Source: a bacterium
GTDB lineage: Bacteria; Patescibacteriota; Minisyncoccia; Phycocordibacterales; CAIZLB01
Assembly (NCBI GenBank): GCA_043745355.1
Contig: JAYTSY010000027.1
Location: 1 to 52,077, forward strand
Length of the DNA: 52,077 bases
Direction of reading: 5' to 3'
Under the pieces are notes generated by a model. It saw nothing but the letters and a program-made list of their open reading frames with translations. It was not told where the DNA came from and did no database searches. Below are positions 16,280-25,231 of this stretch, one piece after another (position 1 is the first letter of the stretch; every line of letters begins with the position of its first letter). The position numbers and the translations under genes were made by a program.

Positions 16280-16984
16280 TTACGAAACCAAACTAAATTT
16301 TTCCAACTCCACCAAAAAATCTATCTCACCTCGGTGAGCCAAGTGATACATATCAACAAGCCGATCAAGTGCTTTTTCTAACGAATTATCCTTCCACAAT
16401 TTCTCCGCTCGAGAGGCTTTTTGTTGGACATAAGGGGACAGTCCCCGCGCACCACTGCGCGCATGCATCAATGATTTAAATTGCCACCACAAGACTCCGT
16501 GAATTTCCTCTGCTACTGTTTCATCTCGAAGGAGCTCTTGAAACAAAACCCATGCTTTTTTGTTGTCTCTCATTGCAATCGCTTCGGCGTATGGGAACAC
16601 AGCCCCTGTTTCTTTTTTCTGTTTTTCAACAATGTCGCATTGCTGAATCTTTGTCGCGTACTTTTCAATCTTTTTTAGATCAGCTGCAAGAATCTTTTCT
16701 TCGATCAAGATACAAATATGCTCTGACTTGCCCATCTCTTTTATCGATTTACCGACTACCTCTCCCGAGATCGTATTATTTAAAAGGTTATCGATAACGA
16801 TAATATATTTCGGAGAAAATAAACCCGTTCCACTGAGGAGCTCGTTTAGCATAGAGTCATTCCAATTTTCACCATTCAATCGAAAGAGCGACGCATCAGG
16901 ACGTTTTTTCTGAAGCGTGTCTATGAGCTCAGTTAGTTTTGAGCGTGCCTTTGTGAAATCTTTTCCGTAGATGACGTATAGCAT
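16280..16984 (-). CDS. holA: DNA polymerase III delta subunit
   Basis: MLYVIYGKD, GLFSPKYIIVI, FPYAEAI...KKAW and GLSPYVQQK; follows polA; start set to ATG 16984. Confidence 0.8.
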   Translation of the reverse strand: MLYVIYGKDFTKARSKLTELIDTLQKKRPDASLFRLNGENWNDSMLNELLSGTGLFSPKYIIVIDNLLNNTISGEVVGKSIKEMGKSEHICILIEEKILAADLKKIEKYATKIQQCDIVEKQKKETGAVFPYAEAIAMRDNKKAWVLFQELLRDETVAEEIHGVLWWQFKSLMHARSGARGLSPYVQQKASRAEKLWKDNSLEKALDRLVDMYHLAHRGEIDFLVELEKFSLVS

Positions 16985-16986
16985 AT

Positions 16987-19437
16987 TTATATTTCCTGCA
17001 TCTCTCCCCAATTATCACCGACATTGGCCGAGCTCACTATCGGAATATCTTTTGTTTCTTTTAATGTGAGAATATTTTCCATTACTTCTCTGATCTTTTT
17101 TGATACTTTTTTAACATGATCATCTTTTACTTCGTACACAAGCTCATCATGGACCTGCATGAGGAGTCTCGCGTCGTCTTTCCACCCCTCACGAATAAGC
17201 ATTGCATCGACTTCGATCATTGCGAGCTTCACAATATCAGCCTCTGTTCCTTGAATAGGTGCATTGATTGCCATACGTTCTGCAGAGGCACGGATGAATG
17301 GGAGGGGTGAACGGAATCCTTCGAAGTATCGGCGCCGTCCATAGTATGTTTCTGTAAACCCATCGCGCTTTGCCTCGACTTTCACCCGTTCGAGATACAC
17401 CGCGAGCTCTTCAAAATTGCGGAAATATTCGCTGAGAAGTTGTTGAGCTTCTTCGCGAGTGCCACCGAGATTTGTTCGAAGTGCATTCACTCCCATACCA
17501 AACAAGATACCAAAGTTGATCACCTTGGCTTTCCGTCGCATATCTTTGGTCACATCCACGGCCGGGACCCCAAAGACTTGTGCGGCGACACCCGTGTGTA
17601 CGTCTGTGCCGTTCTTGAAAATATCAATCATTTTACTATCTCCAGAAAGTATTGCGGCGATACGGAGCTCTATCTGTGAGTAGTCGAGGGACACGAGCTT
17701 GAAACCTTTTTCAGCAATAAACGCATGTCGTATACGTTGTCCGAGTTCAGTCTTGATAGGAATATTTTGAAGCCCTGGGTTTTGAGAAGCGAGGCGGCCA
17801 GTTGCAGCACCGGTCTGCAAAAATGTCGCATGCACTCGATCTCTGACATCGACAAGTGTCGGTAATGGATCAATATATGTACCGAGCAGTTTGGACAATT
17901 CGCGATGTTGCAAAACGAGATCAATGACGGGGTGCGCGCCACGCATTTTTTCGAGCTCGGATTCTTTGGTTGACCGCGCACCCCCCGCGGTCTTCTTCAT
18001 GCGCACTCCTTTTTCTGGCTCTAATGCCAACTTGTCGAATAATATTTCCCCGAGTTGTTTCGGCGAACTGATATTAAAATCAACACCAGATTCCTTCCAA
18101 ATTGATTTTTCAAGTTTCGAAAGCTCAACATGATATTTTTTTGAAAGTTCTTTCAAAAATTTCACATCAATTTTTACTCCCACCGCATGCATCTCATTAA
18201 TTATCGGTATGAGTGGCACCTCTATCTTTTCATACACTTCTTCGGATCGACCCTTCTCTTTTAATTTATTGCGCAAAATACGCTGACATTCATCAATATC
18301 TTCGCTGTTACAAAAATCATACACGTCTTCGAGTGTGGGATTAGTCTTGTTGGAATCAACGACAAACAACATCACCTTGAGCTCCTGGAGTTTCTGAGGG
18401 GGAACATTTGCAAACAATCCCTCTACAATTCTCTTTTCTTTTTTGATATCCTCCTTTTTATCTTGAGGCTTTCCTGCGATCTTTTCTGCGACAATCTTTA
18501 TTCGCGCAATGAGTGATCGAAATTCCATATCTCTAAAGAATTTTTCTACCGGCTCCATTTCAAACGTTTCCCTCCATGTTTTTGGCGGAACAATAAATTG
18601 GACTGGTGCATCTCGGCGAATGGTTGCAAGCATTTTACTGAATAATGCTTCTTCCTCGCCATTTTTTAGTAGCTCAATGATACGATCTGTCACCCCAGCA
18701 GCCTTCACTTTTGCTGAATCTTTTTTTAATACTTTATATATCTCCTCCACTGTTCCAAAGGCAGTAATGAGAGTTGTCGCTGTTTTCTCCCCGATACCAG
18801 AAATGCCAATGATATTATCAGACGGATCACCACGTAGCCCTTTGTAATCTGGCAACAATTTGGGTGGAAAACCAAAACGTGCCATGACAGCGTCTTCGTT
18901 ATATATCACGGTATCTTTGATTCCTTTTTTCAAGGTGAATACTTTGACTCGATCATCAACGACCAACTGCAAAGTGTCCATATCTCCTGAAGCAATCATT
19001 ACATCAAATTCTTCCTCGCATGGTTTTCCATCACAAATCACTTTGTTGTCCAATATCTGTTGCACGATTGTTCCCAACATATCGTCCGCCTCGAATCCAG
19101 GTTTGTCATACATTGGAATATTAAATGCTTCAAACAATTTTCGTGAAATGATCAATTGTTCAACAAGTGCAGGATCTGATTTCTTGCGTCCCGCTTTGTA
19201 CGCATCATATGCTTCGTGACGATATGTGGGCTGAGGCAAATCGTAACAAGCAATGACATGGTCCGGATTAAATTTCTCAATGATTCCCATGAGCATTGTG
19301 GAGAGTCCGTAGATAGCACCAGTCGGTACGCCCGAGCTTGATGCAAAATCAGGCAATGCATGATACGCACGATGAATAATTGCGTGCGAATCGAGAAGAA
19401 CAACTAATTTATTTTTTTCTTTTGAGGATTTTACCAT
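16987..19437 (-). CDS. polA: DNA polymerase I
   Basis: 5'-3' exonuclease (LDSHAIIHRAYHA, EADD, GDPSDNIIG) and family A polymerase (DYSQIELR, KVINFGILFG, NAPIQGTEAD, QVHDE). Confidence 0.98.
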   Translation of the reverse strand: MVKSSKEKNKLVVLLDSHAIIHRAYHALPDFASSSGVPTGAIYGLSTMLMGIIEKFNPDHVIACYDLPQPTYRHEAYDAYKAGRKKSDPALVEQLIISRKLFEAFNIPMYDKPGFEADDMLGTIVQQILDNKVICDGKPCEEEFDVMIASGDMDTLQLVVDDRVKVFTLKKGIKDTVIYNEDAVMARFGFPPKLLPDYKGLRGDPSDNIIGISGIGEKTATTLITAFGTVEEIYKVLKKDSAKVKAAGVTDRIIELLKNGEEEALFSKMLATIRRDAPVQFIVPPKTWRETFEMEPVEKFFRDMEFRSLIARIKIVAEKIAGKPQDKKEDIKKEKRIVEGLFANVPPQKLQELKVMLFVVDSNKTNPTLEDVYDFCNSEDIDECQRILRNKLKEKGRSEEVYEKIEVPLIPIINEMHAVGVKIDVKFLKELSKKYHVELSKLEKSIWKESGVDFNISSPKQLGEILFDKLALEPEKGVRMKKTAGGARSTKESELEKMRGAHPVIDLVLQHRELSKLLGTYIDPLPTLVDVRDRVHATFLQTGAATGRLASQNPGLQNIPIKTELGQRIRHAFIAEKGFKLVSLDYSQIELRIAAILSGDSKMIDIFKNGTDVHTGVAAQVFGVPAVDVTKDMRRKAKVINFGILFGMGVNALRTNLGGTREEAQQLLSEYFRNFEELAVYLERVKVEAKRDGFTETYYGRRRYFEGFRSPLPFIRASAERMAINAPIQGTEADIVKLAMIEVDAMLIREGWKDDARLLMQVHDELVYEVKDDHVKKVSKKIREVMENILTLKETKDIPIVSSANVGDNWGEMQEI

Positions 19438-19445
19438 TGGTTCAA

Positions 19446-19874
19446 TTATAAAGCATATTCGATTTCTCGCGTCGTCTCGTCAATAAATTTAAACTTAATA
19501 TATATGGTATCAAAAGGAAGTATTTGTTCTACTCGTTCAGGCCATTCAATAAATATAAGTGTTCCCTTCTGTTTCAAGAGATCTTCAAACCCTAAAACTT
19601 CGAGCTCTTTTGCCTCATCAAGCCTATATGCATCTATGTGTATAAACTGTGGGAAAGCTGTGTTTTTCGTGTGATAAACTTTTTCAATTACAAAAGTGGG
19701 GCTTGTCACTATTTCTTTTACGCCTAGTATCTGAGCCGTAAATTGTGAAAATGTCGTCTTTCCCGAACCCAAATCACCGGATAATCCCACGACCACTGCT
19801 TTATCCCCAGCCTCTAATTTATTGAGGAAATCTTCAGCAATTTTTTGTGTATCAGAGAGACTGTGGGAAATCAT
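19446..19874 (-). CDS. tsaE: t6A biosynthesis ATPase TsaE
   Basis: GDLGSGKTTF, SPTF, HIDAYRL, IEWPE. Confidence 0.97.
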   Translation of the reverse strand: MISHSLSDTQKIAEDFLNKLEAGDKAVVVGLSGDLGSGKTTFSQFTAQILGVKEIVTSPTFVIEKVYHTKNTAFPQFIHIDAYRLDEAKELEVLGFEDLLKQKGTLIFIEWPERVEQILPFDTIYIKFKFIDETTREIEYAL

Positions 19875-19893
19875 GCAGGCATTCTAACATGCA

Positions 19894-19934
19894 GAAAGAG
19901 AAAATCGCCGCACTTGTTGCCAAGTGCGACGATT
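19894..19934 (-). terminator. Intrinsic terminator of the 333-aa ORF
   Basis: AATCG-c-CGCACTTG/CAAGTGCG-a-CGATT stem followed on the minus strand by TTTCTCTTTC. Confidence 0.8.
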
Positions 19935-19957
19935 GTTGTTCCCTTTCGGGCTTCCTT

Positions 19958-20959
19958 CTATTTGCTTGCCAGCGGGTCGAGCTCCGGTTTGTAGGGAAAC
20001 CTTTTCTTGAGGTCCCCTTGCAAATCAACGTTCTTGATACCAAAACCCCGATAGAGGATTTCACCCCGGTGACGCACCTGCTCCCAAGGGACACCAACCG
20101 GAGCAGTCGTCATAGTGTTCTTGGGTACCTTGATCCAAACGCGACCAGTTTTCGGATCCAACTGGACCTGACCACGGGTGCTTGACCCCTGTTCGCCATC
20201 CTGTTTCATCAGGGTTGCGACGTGATCCAGCCACCGCTTATCGGCTGTACCACGACGATCTGACGGATCCGCCGGAAGGTCATCTGGGACAACAGTGAAT
20301 CCGCCCAACACTTTCACATCGGACCACTTGTCGGCTACCTGAACGGCGGCCGGCGGTACGATTTGAGGTGTCTGCGTAACAGCCTTCTTTTCCTCTGCTG
20401 CTGCAAGCGGTGCGACCTTATCGAGGTCGAAAGTTGGTTCGAGAATGGTATCCCCGACCTTCTTTTGCGCGCGGGTTTGTTTTTCAACTTCCGCCGCCGC
20501 GTTTTTAGCTTCGGCTTCAGCTTTCATCTTGGCGAGCTCCTGTTTGAGGCTTTCCTTTTCAGGATCCGGCAAAGGTGCAATCTTGACAGCCGGTTGCGCG
20601 GGGGTGATTTCAACGACAGGGGTTTTATTCCTGCCGTTGTATTTTTCCTTGGCGAATTTACTGACCTCCATGAGTGCGTAGATAGCAGCACTCACGATGA
20701 CTGCAATAGCAACGATCCAAAGGATCGCCTTAAGGAGAAATGCCTTGACGCTTTTCTTGGCGGAGGCTTTGACGTTGATCCACAAGGTTTGCTTCCACGA
20801 CGGCCGCTTCGCGGATGTGGTGGAGCGGGGCGGAGGCGTCGTCGGAGCGACCGTTGCCGTAGGCGCCGGAGAAGCGCTAGGCGGCGTTGCCGTGGGAGGT
20901 GTGGTGGTAGCACCTGCAGGAGGAAGTCCTGCCGGAAGTGCTGGATGTGTGGTATTCAT
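19958..20959 (-). CDS. Hypothetical single-TM protein with a Pro/Thr/Ala-rich N-terminus and coiled coil
   Basis: PAT-rich first ~45 aa, TM AILWIVAIAVIVSAAIYALM, KQELAKMKAEAEAK coiled coil; own terminator. Confidence 0.75.
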   Translation of the reverse strand: MNTTHPALPAGLPPAGATTTPPTATPPSASPAPTATVAPTTPPPRSTTSAKRPSWKQTLWINVKASAKKSVKAFLLKAILWIVAIAVIVSAAIYALMEVSKFAKEKYNGRNKTPVVEITPAQPAVKIAPLPDPEKESLKQELAKMKAEAEAKNAAAEVEKQTRAQKKVGDTILEPTFDLDKVAPLAAAEEKKAVTQTPQIVPPAAVQVADKWSDVKVLGGFTVVPDDLPADPSDRRGTADKRWLDHVATLMKQDGEQGSSTRGQVQLDPKTGRVWIKVPKNTMTTAPVGVPWEQVRHRGEILYRGFGIKNVDLQGDLKKRFPYKPELDPLASK

Positions 20960-21145
20960 AATTTTTTCTAATTGGTTTGGTTTTTGGTGAATTTAAGTCA
21001 CGCAAACACGTAGGTGTCAGCGATCGATATAAGGCCTAATTTTAAGCATTAAATCGATCGCAAACACCTCCAAAGAGAAAAACTTTTCTAGCAAGCAAAT
21101 TTTTAAAGATCTTTATTACTGCACTTATTATATCATAATATATAT

Positions 21146-21190
21146 AAAAAAGCAACCCCCAGACCTGCATAAGCTGGTCTGGGGGTGTTG
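21146..21190 (-). terminator. Intrinsic terminator of the lipoprotein gene (approximate ends)
   Basis: CCCAGACC/GGTCTGGG stem followed on the minus strand by a T run. Confidence 0.75.
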
Positions 21191-21214
21191 TTTTCGTTGT
21201 GGTTGTAGGGCGGT

Positions 21215-21901
21215 TTAGCGGCGACGGACGGTTCTCCGACCATAAGGCTGGGCCTCTTGATCGGGGTTGTCCACATAGATAGGATCGCCACTTTCCCGCT
21301 GCATCTGATCATAGCCGCGAAGACTGTTGGGTTTGTTACGAGTTGCCCCGTTTTCCCCAATCTCCGAATGCCACCCACCGCTCGCACGATAATCGTCGTA
21401 CGGACCACCAACACCCGGAGGTGCGTATGGCGCCGCATTTGAGTACCGAGAGCGAGACGAGGTAGCGTTGGATGCCGGAGGAATGCCTCCGCCATTGTAG
21501 TGGGTCTCGTGATCAAGCGGTTTAACCACCAAGTGACCATGACTTGCCTGTTTGACATACTCGACGCGGTCGTTGCGTGATGCCATCCCCATACCACTTC
21601 TGACATGGGTGAGGATCGCCTGGACTTCCTCCTCGGAAATGTCCCCGACTGCTTCGACTTCGATCGTGTCTTGCACCACTTCGTGGTGCTGCCGACTGAT
21701 GCCACCGCCACCACCCTGTTCGGGACGATACGACTGGCCGCAGGGCCGCTGCTGGCTCGCGCAGCCACCCATAAGGAGACTGCACAATGCGAGGGCGAAG
21801 ATGCCGCGGTTGATGTTGATGTTTTTGAGGTTACCGGCACGCACGAGGCGAGCCACAATATTACCGCTGGTTTGGTTTTTCATAAGAGTTTTGAGCCCCA
21901 T
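21215..21901 (-). CDS. Hypothetical lipoprotein with a Gly/Pro/Tyr-rich disordered tail
   Basis: Hydrophobic GIFALALCSLLMGG-C lipobox; exact start uncertain. Confidence 0.65.
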   Translation of the reverse strand: MGLKTLMKNQTSGNIVARLVRAGNLKNININRGIFALALCSLLMGGCASQQRPCGQSYRPEQGGGGGISRQHHEVVQDTIEVEAVGDISEEEVQAILTHVRSGMGMASRNDRVEYVKQASHGHLVVKPLDHETHYNGGGIPPASNATSSRSRYSNAAPYAPPGVGGPYDDYRASGGWHSEIGENGATRNKPNSLRGYDQMQRESGDPIYVDNPDQEAQPYGRRTVRRR

Positions 21902-22053
21902 TTATGGGACACAAAACTCTTATGAAAAAACCCTACAACTGTTAAAGAACTTTTACCTCTGTATTATATCACTTTACAAAACAAAGTCAATACCCCCTTA
22001 TCCTTTCTTTATACTTCCCTCTTCCCTATAAAAAGGCTAAAATAAAGGAAATT

Positions 22054-23781
22054 ATGACCATTGTTTTCGACGAAGATAAACAAAACCAGAGACTCCGATC
22101 CCTTCATTTGGATGAGGAGGAGAAAGTGGCCCAAATGCTATCTGACCGCTACAGCATTCCATACATTGATCTCACTCGCGTACCAATAAATACTGATGCT
22201 TTGCGTCTACTACCCGAAGTAGATGCTCGCCAACACCAACTAGCGGTATTTGAAATTATTGGCAAAAGCATTTCTGTTGCCATTCACTCCCCCACTAACG
22301 ATCTAACTAAAGAATCCGTAAATATGTTATCGAGCAAAGGATATGTGGTATCTCTTTTTATGACGTCAACAAATAGTTTGGCCAAAGCATGGGATAGATA
22401 TAAGGATTTATCATTTGCGTTTGAGACAGAAGCAGGCTCACTGGATATTTCAAATGATGAGATTGAACATTTGATTGAAAAAACAAAAAAATTGGCAGAT
22501 GTGACGACACTGATCAAGGATGCTCTCGCACTCAAAAAAAGTCATCGTGTCTCTCACGTGCTTGCGATCGTTATGGCTGGCGCACTCTCAACATCAGCAT
22601 CTGACGTTCATATTGAACCAGAAGAAACGTATGCACGATTGCGTTATAGACTCGACGGTGTGTTAGTCGAGGCAGTACAGTTTGATGTTGATACATATCA
22701 TCTCTTGTTGTCGCGTATCAAATTGTTAGCGGGACTCAAGTTGAATGTAAAAGAAAATGCACAAGACGGTCGATTCACGGTGAAGATTTATATGTCTGAT
22801 ATTGAAATTCGTTGTTCAACAATTCCAGGAGCATACGGCGAATCAATCGTAATGCGAATCCTCAATCCAAAATCTATTTCGGTACCTATTGAAGAGCTCG
22901 GGATTCCAAAAAAACTCTTTGGTATTCTCGAAGCGGAAATTGCACGTCCTAACGGGATGATATTGAATACAGGTCCGACAGGAAGTGGTAAAACAACTAC
23001 ACTGTATGCTTTTTTGAAACGAGTCCAGAGTTCTGAAATAAAAATCATTACCATCGAAGATCCTATTGAATATCACTTGCCAGGCGTCGTGCAGACACAG
23101 GTAGAAGAAAAAAAGGGTTATGATTTCGGAGCTGGGTTGCGTTCTGCAATGCGTCAGGATCCGGACATTATTATGGTGGGTGAAATTCGAGATGGTGAAA
23201 CAGCCTCGACAGCTATTCAAGCGTCGCTCACTGGCCACCTTGTATTCTCAACACTCCACACCAACTCTGCGGCAGGCACATTTACAAGACTTGTTGATCT
23301 CGGCGCTGATCCTAAAGTTTTGACATCAGCAATCCATGTGGCTATCGCGCAGCGACTTGTGCGAACATTATGCAAAAATTGTAAGAAAAAGATTCCTCTG
23401 CCGGCGGCACGTGTGGCACTCGTCACCGAAGTACTCAGGTCGCTCAAAGGACTCGATGAAGAAAAAGAATTCCCCACTGTCCCAACAGAAATTTGGGGAC
23501 CGGTGGGATGCGATGTATGCAACACAACAGGATACAAAGGACGACTCGGTGTGTTCGAGGCGATCCTTGCGGATCGCCACATCGAAAACATCATTCGAGA
23601 GAATCCGAGCGAGCGTGAAATAAAAGACGCGGCAAAGCCGCAAGGGATTATCGACATGAGACAGGATGGAATACTGAAAGTGTTACGTGGTATCACTTCG
23701 TTCGAGGAATTGGAGCGTGTTATCGACCTCAAAAGCGATGATGAACCAGTTGCGGTTGAGCCGAACACGCCAGCTGTGTAA
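22054..23781 (+). CDS. PilB/GspE family type IV pilus assembly ATPase
   Basis: N-terminal MshEN/N1D-like region, ASDVHIEP, GPTGSGKTTT, TIEDPIEY, RQDPD, TGHLVFSTLH, CxxC/CxxC. Confidence 0.95.
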   Translation: MTIVFDEDKQNQRLRSLHLDEEEKVAQMLSDRYSIPYIDLTRVPINTDALRLLPEVDARQHQLAVFEIIGKSISVAIHSPTNDLTKESVNMLSSKGYVVSLFMTSTNSLAKAWDRYKDLSFAFETEAGSLDISNDEIEHLIEKTKKLADVTTLIKDALALKKSHRVSHVLAIVMAGALSTSASDVHIEPEETYARLRYRLDGVLVEAVQFDVDTYHLLLSRIKLLAGLKLNVKENAQDGRFTVKIYMSDIEIRCSTIPGAYGESIVMRILNPKSISVPIEELGIPKKLFGILEAEIARPNGMILNTGPTGSGKTTTLYAFLKRVQSSEIKIITIEDPIEYHLPGVVQTQVEEKKGYDFGAGLRSAMRQDPDIIMVGEIRDGETASTAIQASLTGHLVFSTLHTNSAAGTFTRLVDLGADPKVLTSAIHVAIAQRLVRTLCKNCKKKIPLPAARVALVTEVLRSLKGLDEEKEFPTVPTEIWGPVGCDVCNTTGYKGRLGVFEAILADRHIENIIRENPSEREIKDAAKPQGIIDMRQDGILKVLRGITSFEELERVIDLKSDDEPVAVEPNTPAV

Positions 23782-23788
23782 TTGTCAA

Positions 23789-23817
23789 TTGACTTCAACT
23801 TACGTGGGGCGTATCGT
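23789..23817 (+). promoter_or_regulatory. Candidate sigma70 promoter firing into the repeat tract
   Basis: TTGACT-17 bp-TATCGT. Confidence 0.4.
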
Positions 23818-23851
23818 TGAAAGGGTTGAAAGGGTTGAAAGGGTTGAAAGG
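23816..23851 (+). repeat. 9-bp tandem repeat (GTTGAAAGG)x4
   Basis: Four exact copies. Confidence 0.95.
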
Positions 23852-23917
23852 GGTCAGACCCCTTTTTGCCTCAAAGTGAAAGATTAGAATTGGAATAAAA
23901 AAAGGGGGTCTGACCCC
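23850..23917. repeat. Inverted pair of REP-like palindromes GGGGTC-W-GACCCC
   Basis: GGGGTCAGACCCC (23850-23862) and GGGGTCTGACCCC (23905-23917), with facing T and A runs. Confidence 0.8.
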
Positions 23918-23918
23918 T

Positions 23919-24093
23919 AAAAAGAAAACAGCCCTTTGAATCTCTAAGCAATGCCTTCGGTCCTAAGACTGAAGGCCCGATAGCCCTTTAAGGATGGATT
24001 CAGGAACGTGCTCGAAAGTCGCACCAAACCGTCCTATAAGAAAAACCGATAAACCCGTGAGAGTTGTATTGCTTAGAGATTCAAGGAGCCGTT
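23919..24093 (-). ncRNA. ~170-nt structured ncRNA, possibly 6S RNA
   Basis: 26-bp closing stem with 25 pairs (24068-24093 with 23927-23952), an internal 10-bp hairpin, a consensus promoter upstream and a U-tract downstream. Confidence 0.6.
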
Positions 24094-24100
24094 AAAAACT

Positions 24101-24129
24101 ATATTAGCATACAAGTCTTTTTATGTCAA
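24101..24129 (-). promoter_or_regulatory. Near-consensus sigma70 promoter for the ncRNA, overlapping the ruvB start codon
   Basis: TTGACA (24129-24124), 17 bp, TGc-TAATAT (24106-24101). Confidence 0.75.
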
Positions 24130-25175
24130 GCACACCAATATCATCCTCTGACAACCCCATCACTGCGAAAGACGAGGAGATTGCTGTGAATCCGGAGGAG
24201 CAAGCACTTGATCAGACGTTGCGCCCACATCGTTTCGATGACTATATCGGTCAAGAAAACATAAAAAACAATCTTCATATATTATTGACGGCAGCAAAAG
24301 AGCGTAATCATCCACCAGAGCACCTTCTCTTCTATGGGCCACCTGGTCTCGGCAAGACCACTCTCGCTCACCTCATCGCCAAAGAGACTGGTGCTCAAAT
24401 GAAGGTAACATCTGGGCCTGCAATCGAACGCGTGGGTGATCTCGCCTCGGTTTTGACCAACCTTTCTCCGGGAGACATATTGTTCGTGGATGAAATTCAT
24501 CGTTTGAATAAAACGGTCGAGGAAGTCCTCTATCCTGCTATGGAATCAGGTCAAATCGATATTATTATTGGCAAAGGTCCGTCGGCTCGCACTATCCAAC
24601 TCGACTTGCTTCCTTTTACATTGATCGCAGCGACTACTCGTATTGCGATGATTTCCTCCCCTCTTCGTTCGCGGTTTTCTGGGGGAGTATTTCGACTGGA
24701 ATTTTATACAGAAGGAGAAATTGAAAAGATTGTGAAGCGATCAGCGCAGATCTTGGGGATCGAGGTCGAGAGTTCAGCATTGATTGAAATTGCAAAACGA
24801 AGTCGATCAACTCCCCGAACAGCAAACTATCTTCTAAAGCGTTGCCGTGATTTTGCGCAAATTAAAAAGACAGCACTGACAAAAGACGTTGTCGATGGCG
24901 CATTAAAATTATTGGGCATCGACGACAAAGGTCTCACTCTTTCTGACCGAAAGATTTTGGAGACTGTAGTCAATAAATATAATGGCGGGCCTGTGGGGCT
25001 GAACACCATCGCAGCATCACTTTCTGAAGACCAGGCGACAATCGAAGAGTTCAACGAGCCATATCTTATTCAAATCGGTTTCATCGAGCGTACTCCACGT
25101 GGACGTATTGTGACAAAAGCGGGCTACGCACATCTGGAGATGGAATATCCTGACGAGAAGCAGCTTTCGTTATAA
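24123..25175 (+). CDS. ruvB: Holliday junction helicase RuvB
   Basis: LRPHRFDDYIGQ, GPPGLGKTTLA, DEIHR, RTPRGR. Confidence 0.98.
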   Translation: MSSTPISSSDNPITAKDEEIAVNPEEQALDQTLRPHRFDDYIGQENIKNNLHILLTAAKERNHPPEHLLFYGPPGLGKTTLAHLIAKETGAQMKVTSGPAIERVGDLASVLTNLSPGDILFVDEIHRLNKTVEEVLYPAMESGQIDIIIGKGPSARTIQLDLLPFTLIAATTRIAMISSPLRSRFSGGVFRLEFYTEGEIEKIVKRSAQILGIEVESSALIEIAKRSRSTPRTANYLLKRCRDFAQIKKTALTKDVVDGALKLLGIDDKGLTLSDRKILETVVNKYNGGPVGLNTIAASLSEDQATIEEFNEPYLIQIGFIERTPRGRIVTKAGYAHLEMEYPDEKQLSL

Positions 25176-25231
25176 TGTCGTAAAGATTTATATTTATTTT
25201 TTAATTAGTATTTTTTTAAATTTAATTCATT

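Noticed and set aside
16434-16446. Palindrome GGGGACAGTCCCC inside holA, similar to the REP-like pair at 23850
   Set aside because: It encodes RGLSP at the position of the conserved GLHP-like HolA motif, so coding constraint can explain it; a REP origin cannot be shown
20363-20990. Plus-strand Arg/Cys-rich ORFs
   Set aside because: Shadows of the GC-rich Pro/Thr/Ala region on the opposite strand
21133-21858. 241-aa alternative-frame ORF overlapping the lipoprotein gene
   Set aside because: Same-strand overlap in GC-rich DNA, Ser/Arg-rich, reads through the terminator, no motif
23816-23851. GTTGAAAG repeats resembling CRISPR repeat ends
   Set aside because: The units are contiguous 9-mers with no spacers, and there are no cas genes in the window
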